Origin: Leucoraja ocellata
Lineage: Eukaryota
Length of the DNA: 64,000 nt
Direction of reading: 5' to 3'
Assembly (NCBI GenBank): GCA_036785375.1
Contig: JAWMAR010000603.1
Span: 434,001-498,000, forward strand
Of this stretch, positions 1 to 13,429 are shown piece after piece. A program made the translations under genes and the position numbers. A model generated the notes under the pieces. It ran no database searches. It saw nothing but the letters and a program-made list of their open reading frames with translations, and had not been told where the DNA came from. Numbering within the stretch: the first letter of the stretch is position 1; each line of letters starts with the position of its first letter.

Positions 1-63
1 AAATTAGGGTTTTTTTGACAACTCCTGTAAGTGTTTTTTTTCTCCCCAACACTGTAGCGTTCG

Positions 64-228
64 GAAGATAGACACATAAACAAGTCAGCGGGACCCTTCT
101 TCAGGTCTCGACCCGAAACGCCACCCATTCCTTCTCTCCAGAGATGCTGCTGCCTGTCCCACTGAGTTACTCCAGCATTTTGTGTCTATCTCCGCTTTAA
201 ACCAGCATCTGCAGTTCCTTTCTGCACA
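64..228. mobile_element. Penelope terminal-repeat-derived short element, inverted composite
   Basis: Partial minus arm (gatagacaca...cccttcttcag) fused to a plus arm (ggtctcgacccgaaacg...ctgagttactccagcattttgtgtctatc...cagcatctgcagttcc). Confidence 0.8.
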
Positions 229-739
229 GTTCAGGATTGTGCAGTGTTCTCCTAATCCCACTCCTCCCTCCGTACCCGTGGCCCCCACATCTTCACCAGT
301 CGGCACCGACCTCTGATGTGAAGACACACCGACACCACATCTCAACGCGGGCGTTTCGTTTCCTCTCACTATTTACATTTTAGATTCTGTCTAAATGGAG
401 CCGTATTTATATTATATTGTGCTCGCTCCGTATCTCCAACCCCGGCCCAAAAATACAAAGTGATGAAGTAACTCAACGGGTCAGACAGGTATCATCTGCA
501 TTTCCTTGCAAATTAATCAACTTCGCCAAGAAATCCCGGTTAAAACAACTCCTTTCAAAATATAAACGAGCGCAAGTTCCTTCCAATACATTAACATTAT
601 ATTCAATCTCACACTACCTTGAAAGATAGCGGGAAGGTCACTGAGGGAATCCTAGCCAATAACAAGCAAAGACCTTTTCTGCATTATGTACATAACCGAG
701 TAAATAAATCCAATGATTATTCCAAAACACTGCTCCTGT

Positions 740-1110
740 CTGCACGACTCACCACAGGCAGAATAAATGCCGGAGCTCCCTCGACAGGCACTGCCCGCCC
801 GCAGTCTCATCAGCTCCGGCGGCTCAAGAGTCGGCAGCGACTAAACTCAAGCGAAGTGCAACAAGTTGCAGAGAACCAGGGCCGAGCGGCTGCCCCCTCC
901 TTCTCCCTCCCTCCCTCCCTCCCTCTTCCCCTCCCGCGGGCGGGGCGACTCTCTCTGCAAAGTCCCGGGGAAGCTGCACTACTCACCTGCCCGTCCGTCA
1001 CACACACTCGCCGCAGAGCGCGTCCCATTGCCGGGAGCGCGCAGGGCGCGTGCCCGCGGGGGGTGGGGGGGGGGGGGGGGGCAGAACTGCGGGGAGCGCG
1101 CATTAGATGC
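740..1110 (-). promoter_or_regulatory. GC/CpG-rich promoter and probable non-coding first exon(s) of the next gene, transcribed leftwards (CGNL1 expected from human synteny, not shown here)
   Basis: Dense CpG, GC boxes and a poly-G tract. Consensus donor CAG|GTGAGT with exon end at 987 and a second donor GTG|GTGAGT at 753, both on the minus strand. Confidence 0.6.
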
Positions 1111-1169
1111 TTGATAGGTGGGGTGATGGGGGGAGATGGGTGAGGGGCGATGCGGGGGAAATTGCTGGC

Positions 1170-1770
1170 GGAGGAGGCCATTCGGCCCTTCGAGCCATTC
1201 ATTGTGATCATGGCTGATCATCCATAATCAATAACCCGTGCCTGCCTTTTCCCCATACCCCTTGATTCCGCTAGCCCCAAGAGCTCTATCTAACTTTTAA
1301 ATGAATCCAGCCTTCTGTGGCAGAGAATTCCACAAATTCACAACTCTCTGGGTGAAAAAGTTTTTTTCTCATCTCAGTTTCAAATGGCCTCGTCTTTATT
1401 CCTAGACTGTGCTCCCTGGTTCTGGACTCCCCCAATATTGGGAATATTTTTCCTGCATCTAGCTTGTCCAGTCCTTTTACAATTTTATATGTTTCTACCA
1501 TCTGATTCCCTCTCATCCTTCTAAATTCCAGTGAATACAAGCCTCAGTCTTTCCAATTATGACAGTCCCGCCATCCCGGGGGTTAACCTCGTGAACCTAC
1601 GCTGCACTCCCTCAATAGCAAGGATGTCTTTCCTCAAATTAGGAGACCAAAACTGCACACAATATTCCAGATGTGGTCTCACCAGGACCCTGTGCAACTG
1701 CAGAAGGACCTCTTTACTCCTATACTCAAATCCTCTTGTTATGAAGGCCAACATGCCATTAGCTTTCTTC
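1170..1770 (-). mobile_element. CR1 LINE 3' fragment
   Basis: ORFs with LVRPHLEYCVQFWSP...VQRRFTRL and YSLEFRRMRG; CR1 3' tail ggccattcggcccttcgagcc. Confidence 0.9.
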
Positions 1771-1789
1771 AATTGGCTCCTAAATTGTC

Positions 1790-2990
1790 TTGCAAATAGC
1801 AGGCAAAGGGTGATGAAGGTGGTTATTTTGTGATTGGAAGTCTGTGACCAACTGTGTACTATAGGGATCAGTGCTTGACCAATGTGTAGGAAGGAACTTT
1901 GAATGCTGGTTTAAACCGAAGATAGACACAAAATGTTGGAGTAACTCAGCGGGACAGGCAGCATCTCTGGAGAGAAGGAATGGGTGATTTTTTGGGACTC
2001 TTCTTCGGACTCTTGACCAAGTGCTTGACCAATGCTATTTGTTCTTCTTTTTATCGCGTCCACACACAAGACTAGATGTTGTTCAGCCAGTGCAACTTCT
2101 CGGCATCTGCATACAATAGTGTCTGTCTTGAGCTTCTTGTGCGTGGTGGTGGAAATATTGGTGAACACAGGGCCGCGATGTGAATGCTCTTTCCTTGACC
2201 CCATGCTATGTACATTAATGACTTGGATGTCAATGTAGGGATAATGATCAGTAAATTTGGAGATGAGTTGAAAATTGGTATTGAAAGTGAGATGAATAGT
2301 CCTTGACCACAGAATGACATTGATCAGCTGGTAAATTAAGCAAAGCAACTGATGGTGGAATTTAATCCATGTAAGCATGAGGTGATGCACTCTGAGCAGT
2401 TCCATACAGGTCAGATTTATGCCATCAATGGTAGAGCCCTCTTCTTAACAGAAAACGTAAACATTGGTGTGCAAATACTACGCTCCCTGAAAGAGGTGGC
2501 GCAGGTAGACATGACGGTGAAGAGACAATGCTTCACTTTATCAGCTGATGTGTAAAATGGAAGTGAAAGGAAGTTTGGATACAGGTTTATAAAATCTTCT
2601 TCAGACGACAGTGGGAGTTCTAGGGGCAGTTCTGATCACCACACACTTGAAGGATGTGATTGTACTGGGGACTCACCAGGATCGAAGTTTTACACGTATA
2701 CACAATTACAAGAGGCATCACTAGGGTAGTAATCAATGTTTTACCATAACAGGTTATGTCCAAGACCAGAGTGCATCGGTATAAGGTGAGTAAGAGGGTT
2801 AAAGAGGATTGAAGAATTGTTTTCACCCATAGTGTGGTTGTAATCTGGAAGACACTGCCTGAAGACTATGGTTGCAGGTACCCTCACAACATTTAAGAAA
2901 CCTCTGGACAAGTAGTTGAATGGTCAAGGCATAGAAGAAGACAGAACAAATGCTGATAATTGAGATTCAGTCAAATAGTTACTTGCTGGT
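1790..2990 (+). mobile_element. Old degenerate CR1 LINE with nested insertions
   Basis: Decayed QGSVLGP, YINDLD, MEFNPCK.EVMH and FWSP motifs. Confidence 0.75.
1885..2019 (-). mobile_element. Penelope terminal-repeat-derived short element nested in a CR1
   Basis: Same repeat family. 15-bp TSD agtgcttgaccaatg at 1870-1884 and 2020-2034. Confidence 0.85.
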
Positions 2991-3223
2991 GGCTGAGGTA
3001 GATGCAAAAATCTCCACCAGGGCTCTTTGCTTCCCACAATGACCTAGGATGTACCTGGTCAGGCCCTGGGAATCTATCCATCTTTGTGTGCTTCAAGACC
3101 TTCAATAATGTGGATATTTTTCAGGTTGTACATTTGAAGCAAGCTTGGTGATCACTGGAGGCAGAGAGAACACATGCGATGGGTTCAGCATCAGAGGGGT
3201 TGAAGGAGAGTGAGAGAAGCGAT

Positions 3224-3308
3224 AATAGACACAAAATGCTGGAGTAACTCAGCGGGTCAGGCAGCATCTCTGAAGAAAAGGAATAGGTGACATTTTGGGT
3301 AGGAGCCC
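3224..3308 (-). mobile_element. Penelope terminal-repeat-derived short element
   Basis: agacacaaaatgctggagtaactcagcgggtcaggcagcatctct... family sequence. Confidence 0.8.
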
Positions 3309-4548
3309 GAATATTATGTGGTGACTGTACCGGTGATTGTTTGGATACGGAGTAAAACATGACACCCAACAGTGCTCTGATTTCAGTTTCTTGACAGCGG
3401 CAGGAAAGGAAGCACTTGCCGTTTTTCTAAATAAACATGAAACAAAACCAGTAATGGAGACTCCTTGCAGAACATTTGCCCTGCTGCACTCATAGAATTT
3501 AACATCCAGTTAATAGGACTTGTAATAATGAATGCAGCTTTGGCACATACTGCATATGTGAAACGCTCACAGAAAGAACTGCAGTTAGTCTCTTAACATG
3601 AGTCATATACTATATAAAGATGTGAATATTTTTCACCAGCGATCTGATCATCCTGCTGACAGGGTATAAATGTTATCCAGTCTCTGGGTTTGTGAAGATG
3701 AAGAATTGCCAGGATTTTACTGCATTGACAGATAATTAAATACAGCTTTAAATATCTTGTACAACTCCAGGAATAATCAATTAGAATGCCATTTCAATTA
3801 TGCACTGTTAATTAAAACTTTAACTGAATGTCTCAAAGTGTTGTTTCTAAAGCTGTAAAACCTGCCATGGACCATTTCCTACCTTCCAGACTGGTACAAC
3901 TTGATTGAAAGTGGTGCCTGGAGTCCTGAGATTTATATATTCTCAGACTGTGGGTGGTTTAGTACCTTCAATGCACAGCTCTGAACCAAAGCTGTAATTT
4001 TATTAAATGTGAAGATCTGAGAACTTTAAAGCATATGCACATAAAGTGAAAAAGGTAACTGTCTTTCTGAAGTCGTGGAGGCTTGAGTCTTGCTGGTGCC
4101 ACCCTGCAGCGCCCTCTTGTGTTTCAAATGGAACAAATATCAAGTCCTGAAATACAGACTATTTTCACAACACAGATTATTTTCTGCATTTATTCAGGGA
4201 GAGAAATCAGTTCAGGCCAATAATTTATCGTTTTTAATTGCTATGAGAAGCATTCCTATCAAACACAACAGACGCCACATGCATCGCTGGATTGTAATAT
4301 CTTATAATTCCAGAGTTTGTTTGTCCTCAAATTAATTTCTTTACTTTTTTTCTATTTCCACACAAGCCAGTTTTGCAGCCATGGTAGGGGAGCCATTGTC
4401 ATTCCTTTTAAATTGTGCTTAATTCTGATCAAAGTCCATTCTGTGATCCCCCACATCTATCTGGAACAGAAATCGCTCCTGGAGATCGGCCCCTTGCATT
4501 AAGTTGATAATTCCAGATTCCACACCAGCCACCTACACCTCACCTATA

Positions 4549-4642
4549 CCCGAAGAAGGGTCTTGACCCAAAACATCACCCATTCCTTCTCTCCACAGAT
4601 GCTGCCTGGCCCGCTGAGTTACTCCAGCATTTTGAGTTTACC
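4549..4642 (+). mobile_element. Penelope terminal-repeat-derived short element
   Basis: gaagaagggtcttgacccaaaacatcacccattcc...ctgagttactccagcatttt (decayed core). Confidence 0.8.
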
Positions 4643-6010
4643 GACACTTGACCTGTTTTTCAAAATTTCAAATGCCCAAGCAGAACTTGCTGAAAATACT
4701 CAGCAGGTCAAGCAGCATCTTTGGAGACAGAAACAGAAGCTGCCGTGGTGTTGAATATTTTCCACATTTTGGGTGATTTTCAACATTTGAATTTTTTTTT
4801 GGTTGGCAGTTTGTTCACTGATGCAGCAATCTGTTTCATGCTAAATTATGAAAGCTTACTGTTTATTTTGTTGGTTCACATGCTTGATCAATGGTGTTTT
4901 ATCATTAATGTTTTATTATTATTAATGTTGTCTTTTCTGAGTCATTTGTAACTGTCACTGTATGTCATGTTGTTACTTGTGGGCAGAGCACCAAGGCAAA
5001 TGCCTTGTATGTGAATACTTGGCCAATAAACGTACTTACTTACCGTTTATGTTTGTCTACAATGATATGCAGTCCTGGTCTTTAGATCATCTATCTTCCA
5101 GGCAAAGTACTTCCATTACCAATTTCCTTAATGATTTAAAACAATCGGACCACGTATATCCTTAAGTTTAATTTCAGCATCATGATTAGTGCTGTTACCT
5201 TGCAACTCATGGACTGGACACAATGCTTATTGCCTTTTCTAAAAACCTTCCTAGTTTCCATTAATTGTTTTGAGAATTCAATGAAAACACAGAATACAGT
5301 ACAATTTGTTCTCAACAATTTGAAACTGAATTATCAGGTTGCTCAAGTTAAAGATAAGAAACAAGAAATTTAGCCTGAACTAATTGCTTATGAATAAAGA
5401 GCAAAATGTATCCTGGTTGATCTCAACTGTGGCAAATCCCCAGTGGGTTACAGACTGCCTATTAGGATCATGTTCGGTGAATCTATTTGTAGCCCTATTA
5501 TTATTACATCTGATGTTAACAGTTATTGCCCAGCAATATGATAACGCTTTCAAAGTTCAGTTAAGTGTCTTTTTTTCTCTGCTTCACTTTAATAATATGC
5601 TCTTCCATGTGTAATTACCTTGCCAAAGTTAAGTATTGTTTTCAGGTAGGCAGTCAGCTTCCATCTAGTTGCTGACAACACCAAACTCCAGCATAATCAT
5701 CCAATGCCTGATATCAAGCAGTTTCTACCCCTTAGAAAGAAATAACTTTATTTTTTTTTCTAACACCTTTCGTTACTTCAAAATATCTCAGAAATGGTTA
5801 TTAGAGTAAACCAAGAAAATACCATTATTAATTTGTGTGAGCAAGTTCTCTCGAAACAGCAATGGAGTTAATGAACTATGTTCAGTTTTAGCTAAGTTGG
5901 GTGAAGGATAAGTATTCTTTGAGGAAAAGCTGTTGAGCATTGTATCCAAAATATATCAACACTTCCCACTCCATCAACACTAAATTGTTCATCCATATTA
6001 TGTGTTTCAA

Positions 6011-6179
6011 TTGTAGAAAGGAACTGCAGTTGTTGGTTTAAATCGAAGATAGACACAAAAAGATGGAGTAACTAAGTGGGTCTGACAGCATCTCTGGAGA
6101 AAAGGAATAAGTGATGTTTTGGGTCAAGACCCTTTTTAGACTGAGCCGCAGAGTCACTCCAGCTTTTTGTGTCTATCTC
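6011..6179. mobile_element. Penelope terminal-repeat-derived short element, inverted composite
   Basis: Minus copy plus a short inverted tail. TSD tatgtg(t/c)ttcaa at 5999-6010 and 6180-6191 (11/12). Confidence 0.8.
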
Positions 6180-6719
6180 TATGTGCTTCAAATCTCTGGT
6201 TTAAATCCACAACCTTATGACATAGAGGAAGTGCTACCATTCAGCCAAGGCTGAACACATGGTCAAAGCAAAAAACATCTTGCCTGGTTTCTGCCAGAAG
6301 GCCTTTTTGGCCAAGTGCTAGATTCACTCTGCAATCCAGGTTGCCCATTTCAGTTCAATCACCAGAAAGACTCAGGAAATGCCCCTCCAGCCAGCCTAAA
6401 ACACAGGGAGCTGACCATAGCAAAAATACAAGATATGTAAGTGTCGGAGATGGATTGCCAAGAGGGAAGATGATTAACACTCAAAATGTATTTGCACTCG
6501 AGATTAACATCCTTCTATTCAACAGCTGCTCAGGTTGGCCAGTGTTTTTCACTGCTACAATAGTTCATTTTACATCCAATGAAAAATAAAAACTTCAATT
6601 TATCCATGATAAAACACAATTTTAATGTTAATAGGAGAAAAGGTATCCAAAAAACCTCACAAAAAAAGTGATATACGGAAATGCCACAAAATCCAAAAAC
6701 CTTGGTGTGTTTCCATGTG

Positions 6720-7760
6720 GTAAGCTGCTCTGGAAGGTTACATTGCATGGGATCAAGGAAGAGCTAGCCAACCGGATATAGAATTGCCTTCGTGGAAGGA
6801 AGCGGAGGTTTCTGGTGGAAGGTTATTTTTCAGACTACAGGTCTGTGATTTAGTGTGCCTCAGAGATTGGTCCTGTGCCCATTGCTGTCTGTGGTTTATT
6901 ATATATCAACTATTTGGATGAGAGTGTACAATACACGATTAGTAAATTTCAGATTATGCTAAAGTAGATGGTATCGTAGATAGTGAAGGTGGTTTTCAAA
7001 AAAATTACAACTGGATTTTGATCAGCTGGGCGAGTGGGCTGAAAACTGGCTAATGGAGTTTAGTGCAGATAAATGTGAGGTGTCAAACCAAGACAGGGTC
7101 TTCACAGTGAATGGGGAGTGTTGTAGAGTAAAGGGATCTAGCAGTGCAAGGACATAGTTCCCTAAAAGTTGCATTACATGTAGATAGGGTGGGGAGGAAG
7201 GCTTTCAGTAAGTTGGCCTTCATCAGCCATGGTATTTAGTATAGAAGTTGGGACGTTATGTTACAGTTGTAATAGTTGTTGCTTGTTCAGTTTTGGGCAC
7301 CATGCTATAGGAAGGATGTCATTAAGCTGGAAAGAGTGCAGAGAACATTTACGAGGATGTTGCTGGGACTCAAGGGCCTGCCCTATAGGGACAGGTGGGA
7401 GGCTTGGATTTGATTCCCTGGAGCGCAGGAGGCGATCTTAGAGGTGCATACAATCATGGAGGAATAGATCGGGTGAATGCAGGGCCTCTTACCTAGGATA
7501 GGTGAATCAAGAATCAGGTGTAAGGTGAGTGGAAGATTTATTGACAACTTGAGGGGCAACTTTTTCACTCAGATGATGGTGGATATATGGGACAAACTGC
7601 CAGAGTAGTTCAGGCAGGTACTATAACAGCATTTGACAGACACTTGGTCAGATGCATGGAGAGGTTTAGAGAGCTATGGGCCAAACGATAGGTTAGAGGG
7701 GGCATCTTGGGGTGCATGGACGAGTTGCGGCAAAGGGCCTGTTTCAATGCACTATGACAT
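6720..7760 (+). mobile_element. Degenerate CR1 LINE
   Basis: Decayed RT motifs (gtgcctcagag, atcaactatttggatg, gaaagagtgcagagaacatttac) and a 3' end aaagggcctgtttc. Confidence 0.8.
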
Positions 7761-7879
7761 ATATCTCTCCAACCACAAGACCAGAGGCAATGTTATATTG
7801 ATGAACCTGATCGTGACTACTCATCTGTCTTAATCTCACTGCTGCTTTTGACATTGTTGATCATATTCCACTGTTGATC

Positions 7880-8125
7880 ATGTTCCAGTTCACATTATGT
7901 GGCACGTTTGCAGTACCCTTTGATCCCCGTGCCAAAAGTGTTGCACATCCTGCAATGATTCCTCCACTCCCCACAAGTTCTGGCAAGTACACACAAGGGG
8001 CCTTTCCTCTTCATTGTCTGCCGGCCTCCCATGGTGATGGAATCTGGAAACCTGGGGAAAATCTACACCATAACAGGAAGAACATGCAAACTCCACATGG
8101 CACCGGGGGCTGCGATCAAACTGCT
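7880..8125 (-). mobile_element. Degenerate V-SINE-like fragment
   Basis: cctggggaaaatctacaccataacaggaagaacatgcaaactccaca core. Confidence 0.5.
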
Positions 8126-10717
8126 GAAGAACGTGCAAGTATTTTTAGTTTTTCTGGGATTGTAAAAGTGGTGTAGATGCAAGTCTTTCTTTTCTCATTT
8201 GAACATCAACCTGCCACTCAATATTTAACTAACTCACATGATGTAAAAAGGTTACTGCATGGCACTAATAGTGATCAAAGCATGAATAAACAACATTTAT
8301 ATAAAGTACATGACATACAGCTTTATAATAATAGCTAACGGATGGTTGATTATACAATGAAACCTTTCCATAACTAGGCACAGTGCAGTGAATATCCAAG
8401 CATAATTTCTTTGTTCATGTGCCCCTATATTAATATTCCTTCTTGGTTTCCTTCTCTTTCCTCACACCTCCCTACAGAACTGATCTTTTACTCAGACAAT
8501 TGAAACTCAATGCTTAGTGATTTTGCTATACTTCTGCTTCCATTATAAAAAGCAGATTTATATTCCCAGAATACTCAAAAATTATGAGCTTGATTTCAAG
8601 GCTACCCTCAGCATTTCTGAACACAGGTTTAGTCATGTCTCATACTGCACATTGACTGACTTCTGTCAACAATCAGCATCAGCCTTCAACACCCCATCCC
8701 TTCCCTGTACCTGTTAACAACAAGACATCATAATTGCACAAAACTAGAGATTATATTCAGATCAAGGTGTATTTTTTGTTTATTTCAAAGGGGGACAGGC
8801 TGTAAGAAGTATTTACATATATATGAAAACGTAAAGGTCAGCACTGTGACTTACAGGGAGCAGCCATGGAGATGTTTTGGGCTGCGGTGACCTGGAGCTT
8901 TCTCCAACATCCTCGCAGCTCAGACAGTTCCATAAATAACAAGAGACCCTGGGTCAAATCTGGAGAATTCCCACACATGCCTATACAAGTTCCTGCTCTG
9001 TGCCGAGCTGCTCTCAGTATGAGGTTCAGTCCCCTGGTGCTGAGTTGATGAGTGTTGCGTGATCCAGAGCAGCATTTCCTTTCTCGCATCTGTTCCATCT
9101 TCATCAAACCACTTCCTTACTCGGCCCCGCTAAAAGATACTTCTCAAAGTAATCAATGCTGATCAAATGTATTTAAAATGTTTTTGTCTTGCAACTGTCT
9201 TTTGGTAAATATTAACAGGCCTTTAGGTCACAATGTCATACAGCATGGAAGCTGGCCCTTCGGCCCACCAATTCTGCACTGTCCCAAGCATTCATTTACA
9301 CTAACCTTACCCTCACCCTTTTATTCTCCTCACACTACCATCAGCTTGCAAGGTCAAACATTGAAAATCATTTTCCCCTTAAATCTCAATCTTTTAGGTC
9401 CTCTTCTGGACCAAACATTTTCTCATCTGCCTTATTTCTCCCGACATGGCGCTATATTTTTTGTCAGCTAAAGTTCCTGTGGATCACCTTGACGTTTTCA
9501 TTAAGTTAAACATGCTATTTAAATGTAGGTAGTTGTTGATTGCATTTTTTGCCCACATTAGAAAACCTAGACTTTTAACCCAGCTTGTTGAGAGGGAATC
9601 CAAAGACATTGGATGGAGTATTGATATTAGATCCCATTCATTCCCCATTGATAAGAGGAAAAATGGTGGTGCGTAAAATCTATGTTGCCTCTATTTCTTT
9701 CCAATCTGCCTCAAGCCAAATAGGTTAAAATTGCACCCTTTGGGTCTGCAAAGCATGAAGAACAAAAGGAGACAGATGGGTAGATGAAAAGATAACAGAA
9801 GTGTGGACAGCATAAAGATGTGGAAATGTTGCGAGGGGAAGGTGACAAATATTAGAAAAAGTTGCAATTAGTAAATGAGAGTATTATTCTATACCATTCC
9901 AATGAACACTTTATTGCAAGTGAATTGGTATAAATGTAGTAAAGCTTTAATATCTTGAATCAATAATTATTCCAAATACTATGTTGTATTCTAACCCAAT
10001 GATCACGCCCAAGCTTGCAATCTGAAGATTAGCGCATAGCTAATCCCAACAGTTATTCAAAGATTCACCGGTAACTAGAACCTTATGCCTGAGCTGGATG
10101 CACACCATCAATTGTTTACCCTTATAAAACACACCCCTGGGCTTTATTGTGAGTAGTTATCTGAACTGAATGTAATGATGGAAATGACAGGACATCATAT
10201 TTGGTTAAGTGGTTTGATATTTGCATTAAAATTAGAAGCAAGTGTGCTATGTTAAGGCAATATATATTTAACTGTACAGGACTGTCTATTACAGGCTTGC
10301 TCCTGTGTGACCCACTGCTGCAATGTAGTAAGATGAGTAGACACATAACAGTCTCAACGTGGAGCCCCTCACAAAATAGTCGGTAACAAACCTTTAATCT
10401 AAAATGAATGTTCTAATAACGGCATTTATATAGCTCATTTAAAATGGCAAAACATTCCAAGGCTTTTCATGATACTGTCATCAAACGCAAGTTATGAACC
10501 ACATAGAAGAGTTATTGAAAGGTAAAGAGGTCAGATTTAAGGAGTACCTTAAATAGGAGAGAGCTCCAGGTTTGTGATGGCAATTATAAAGCTTAGGGCC
10601 CAGTCAGCAGTTAAAGTAACCTATAAATGGCTCACCATCTGTGAATTAAGTCACCCCTCCTAGATCCTGCTCTCATCAAACTCTGGCACAGATGCGGGCC
10701 CATGGGTTTCTAAAAGA

Positions 10718-11903
10718 TAGATATAGATATAGATAGATAGATAGATATGCCATTTATTGTCACTATACATGTACAGTGAAACTGAAAGCTGCTCGTACTC
10801 AGTGCATACATACAATTTAGCACAAAAAACAAGAAACAGAAAAAACAAAAAACAGAAGGGAGATGGGGGGGGGGGGGGGGGAATAGGTGCACAAATTCTG
10901 CGGCGCTACATACATATATACATATCTACAGATGGAAGTCCGTGTTGGGCGGTGTAGTCAGTGCATGTGTGAATTTGAATTTATAGTAGATATAATTCTC
11001 GGAAAGCAACTATTCCCGAGTCTGTTTGTCCTGGATTTGATGCACCTATAGCGCCTTCCAGAGGGCAGCAGGTCGAACAGTCCAAACGCAGGATGGGAGC
11101 TGTCTTTGATGATATTCTTTGCCCTGCTAAGGCAGCGGGAGGTGTAGATGTCCATCAGGGAGGGGAGAGGGCAGCCAATGATCCTCTGCGCTGTCCTGGT
11201 TACCCTCTGAAGCCTCTCCCTGTCTGCCATGGTGCAGCTGCCATACCATGCTGTAATGCAGTATGTCAGCAGGCTCTCGATGGACGAGCGGTAGAAGGTC
11301 AGCAGCAGGTTAGAGTCCAGGTTGTGCTTCCTGAGGACCCTCAGGAAGTGCAGCCGCTGCTGACCCTTCTTGATGACCGCTGTCGTGTTGTCCGTCCAGG
11401 AGATGTCAGCCGCGATATGGACGCCGAGAAACCGGAAGGTGTTGACCCTCTCCACACACTCGCCGTTGATGTGTAGGGGGGCTAAGTCGGTGCTGTGCCT
11501 CCTGAAGTCGACAATGAGCTCTTTTGTTTTCCTGGTGTTCAGAGCCAGATTGTTTTCTGAGCACCAGGTTGTCAACTTCAGGACTTCCTCTCTGTAGGCT
11601 GCCTCGTCTCCCTTCGAAATAAGTCCGACCACAGTAGTGTCGTCAGCAAATTTGACGATGCGGTTGTTGTTGTGGGCCGGACTACAGTCGTAGGTGTAGA
11701 GACAGTATAAGAGGGGGCTTAGCACACAGCCCTGTGGGGAACCGGTACTCAACCTGCGAGTGGAGGAGAGGTGGGGGCCGAGTCTCACAGTCTGGGGCCG
11801 GTTGGTGAGGAAATCCTTTATCCAGGCACATGTGACAGTGGGGAGGCCGAGAGTGACCAGTTTACCAATGAGAATGTCCGGAATGATTGTATTAAAGGCT
11901 GAA
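10718..11903 (-). mobile_element. Rex1/Babar-type non-LTR retrotransposon, 5'-truncated, young
   Basis: Uninterrupted RT frame FSSAFNTI...[13 protein letters not shown]...[12 protein letters not shown]...LLPSGRRYR to the stop at 10958, then a 3' UTR with a (TATC/TATATC)n tail. Candidate TSD ctaaaaga at 10710-10717 and 11904-11911. Confidence 0.88.
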
Positions 11904-12849
11904 CTAAAAGAGAGCCTTGGATGAGCATTTAATTGTCAAATTGAATGCAGCCTTGCTTATGTACCATATGCAAGCTCTGTGGTCACATTTTGTGATCGCT
12001 AAGTATTTTGTGTTGCCACTGGCCAATAATTAATTTTAAAACTTGTTTAATCTTCACCCTAACACATGTAGAGTCTCTAAATTTCCTGACGATATTTTGT
12101 TGTAAACATGATGTTTTATTAAGGAGAAGCATGTATTAACCCTAGATCTGCCTCTGCATCATTGAGAGCAGAACATCACACCATATTTGAGGGGCATTAC
12201 GGAGGCCATCAAGTACAATGGTTCCTTTTAACAATATTTCTTTGCAATATTTTACACATTGGATAGTTATTACAGGTTTGTTTAATAACCCTCATTCTAC
12301 TTATACAGGGGATTGATCATTCATGGTTGAGTACAAATTAGCGTGTAGGGAGCAGCACCAAGTAAATCTATAAATAAGATGCCAAACTAGTAGAGCTGGA
12401 CACAGGACATATTAAACAATAAAAAAACAAAATGCAACTGATATATACAAGATAAAACAGCCAAGGAATTAAATCAAAGCTCGGCAGACCTGCCACATCA
12501 CATGATGTGTAGTGGATAAAAGGATGGGATACAACACACGAGGGCTAAATACCAGGGTGTAAACATTCACAGCCACTGCCAGCTGGATGAACAGTACGAA
12601 CGTTCCATCACTGTTCCCCCCCAAGATCCCTGTCAACACCAAAGCCCATTTGCAACCAATTTGATTCCCTCCAAGTGATAGCAAGAAACGGCCAAGAACA
12701 CCAAACACAGCAAAGGCTATGGGATCGGGCACCTTATTATGTAATGACAGGAAGCGGCTATTTGGCCTTGGGGTCCTGTGAGAGCAATTCCAGAACAAAC
12801 TGCCCCTTTCCTTATTTTCCCGTAAATTATTCTCCCGCATGTGCCTATC

Positions 12850-13062
12850 AACTCACCTTTGATTGTCATTACCTACACTACAGTATAATGTACAGTAGCC
12901 AATTAAACCAGCAGCACGTCTTGGGAACATGGGAGGGAACCAAGCCTCTCGGAGGAAACCTTCATGGTCATGGAAAGTTGGTCCACAAGTCTCCGCAACG
13001 ACAGCAGTCAAGCTCAGGATTGTACCTGTGCTGATGAACTGCTCTGACTGCTGCAACACAGA
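12850..13062 (-). mobile_element. V-SINE/HE1-like tRNA-derived SINE, degenerate
   Basis: gggagggaacc..ggaggaaacc...caggattgtacctg pattern typical of shark/ray SINEs. Confidence 0.6.
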
Positions 13063-13429
13063 TTGTCTCCACCATCATCGCACCACTCCTGCAGTGTCCA
13101 CCATCTCCAAGATGTTCCACCGTTGCTTACTTCGGCAGTATGTCATCTTTGTTTCTGCAATAAGAATGCCTCAACCTCTCTGAAAACTAACATTTGATCA
13201 TCTTGTACTAATTAAATAATATTTTGCGTTTTAATTCCCAAAGCAGGTAATCTCACTTTTCCCCACATGAAATTCCTAATGGAGTTTTTCCCACACGTAA
13301 GCTACCAAAATTACTATACTCTCTTCACAACTTACATCCCACTTATCTTTGTACTATCTGCACAAAGCAGTAGAGAGTACAATGGTAGGGACTGGCAGCT
13401 TCACTATTAATCAAGGAGAAAGGTAGATC

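Noticed and set aside
619-1221. Overlapping 80-174 aa ORFs on both strands
   Set aside because: Low-complexity Pro/Arg/Gly products typical of stop-poor CpG-island DNA; no recognisable domain.
11093-11597. Plus-strand ORFs of 127 and 75 aa
   Set aside because: Antisense shadows of the Rex1/Babar RT.
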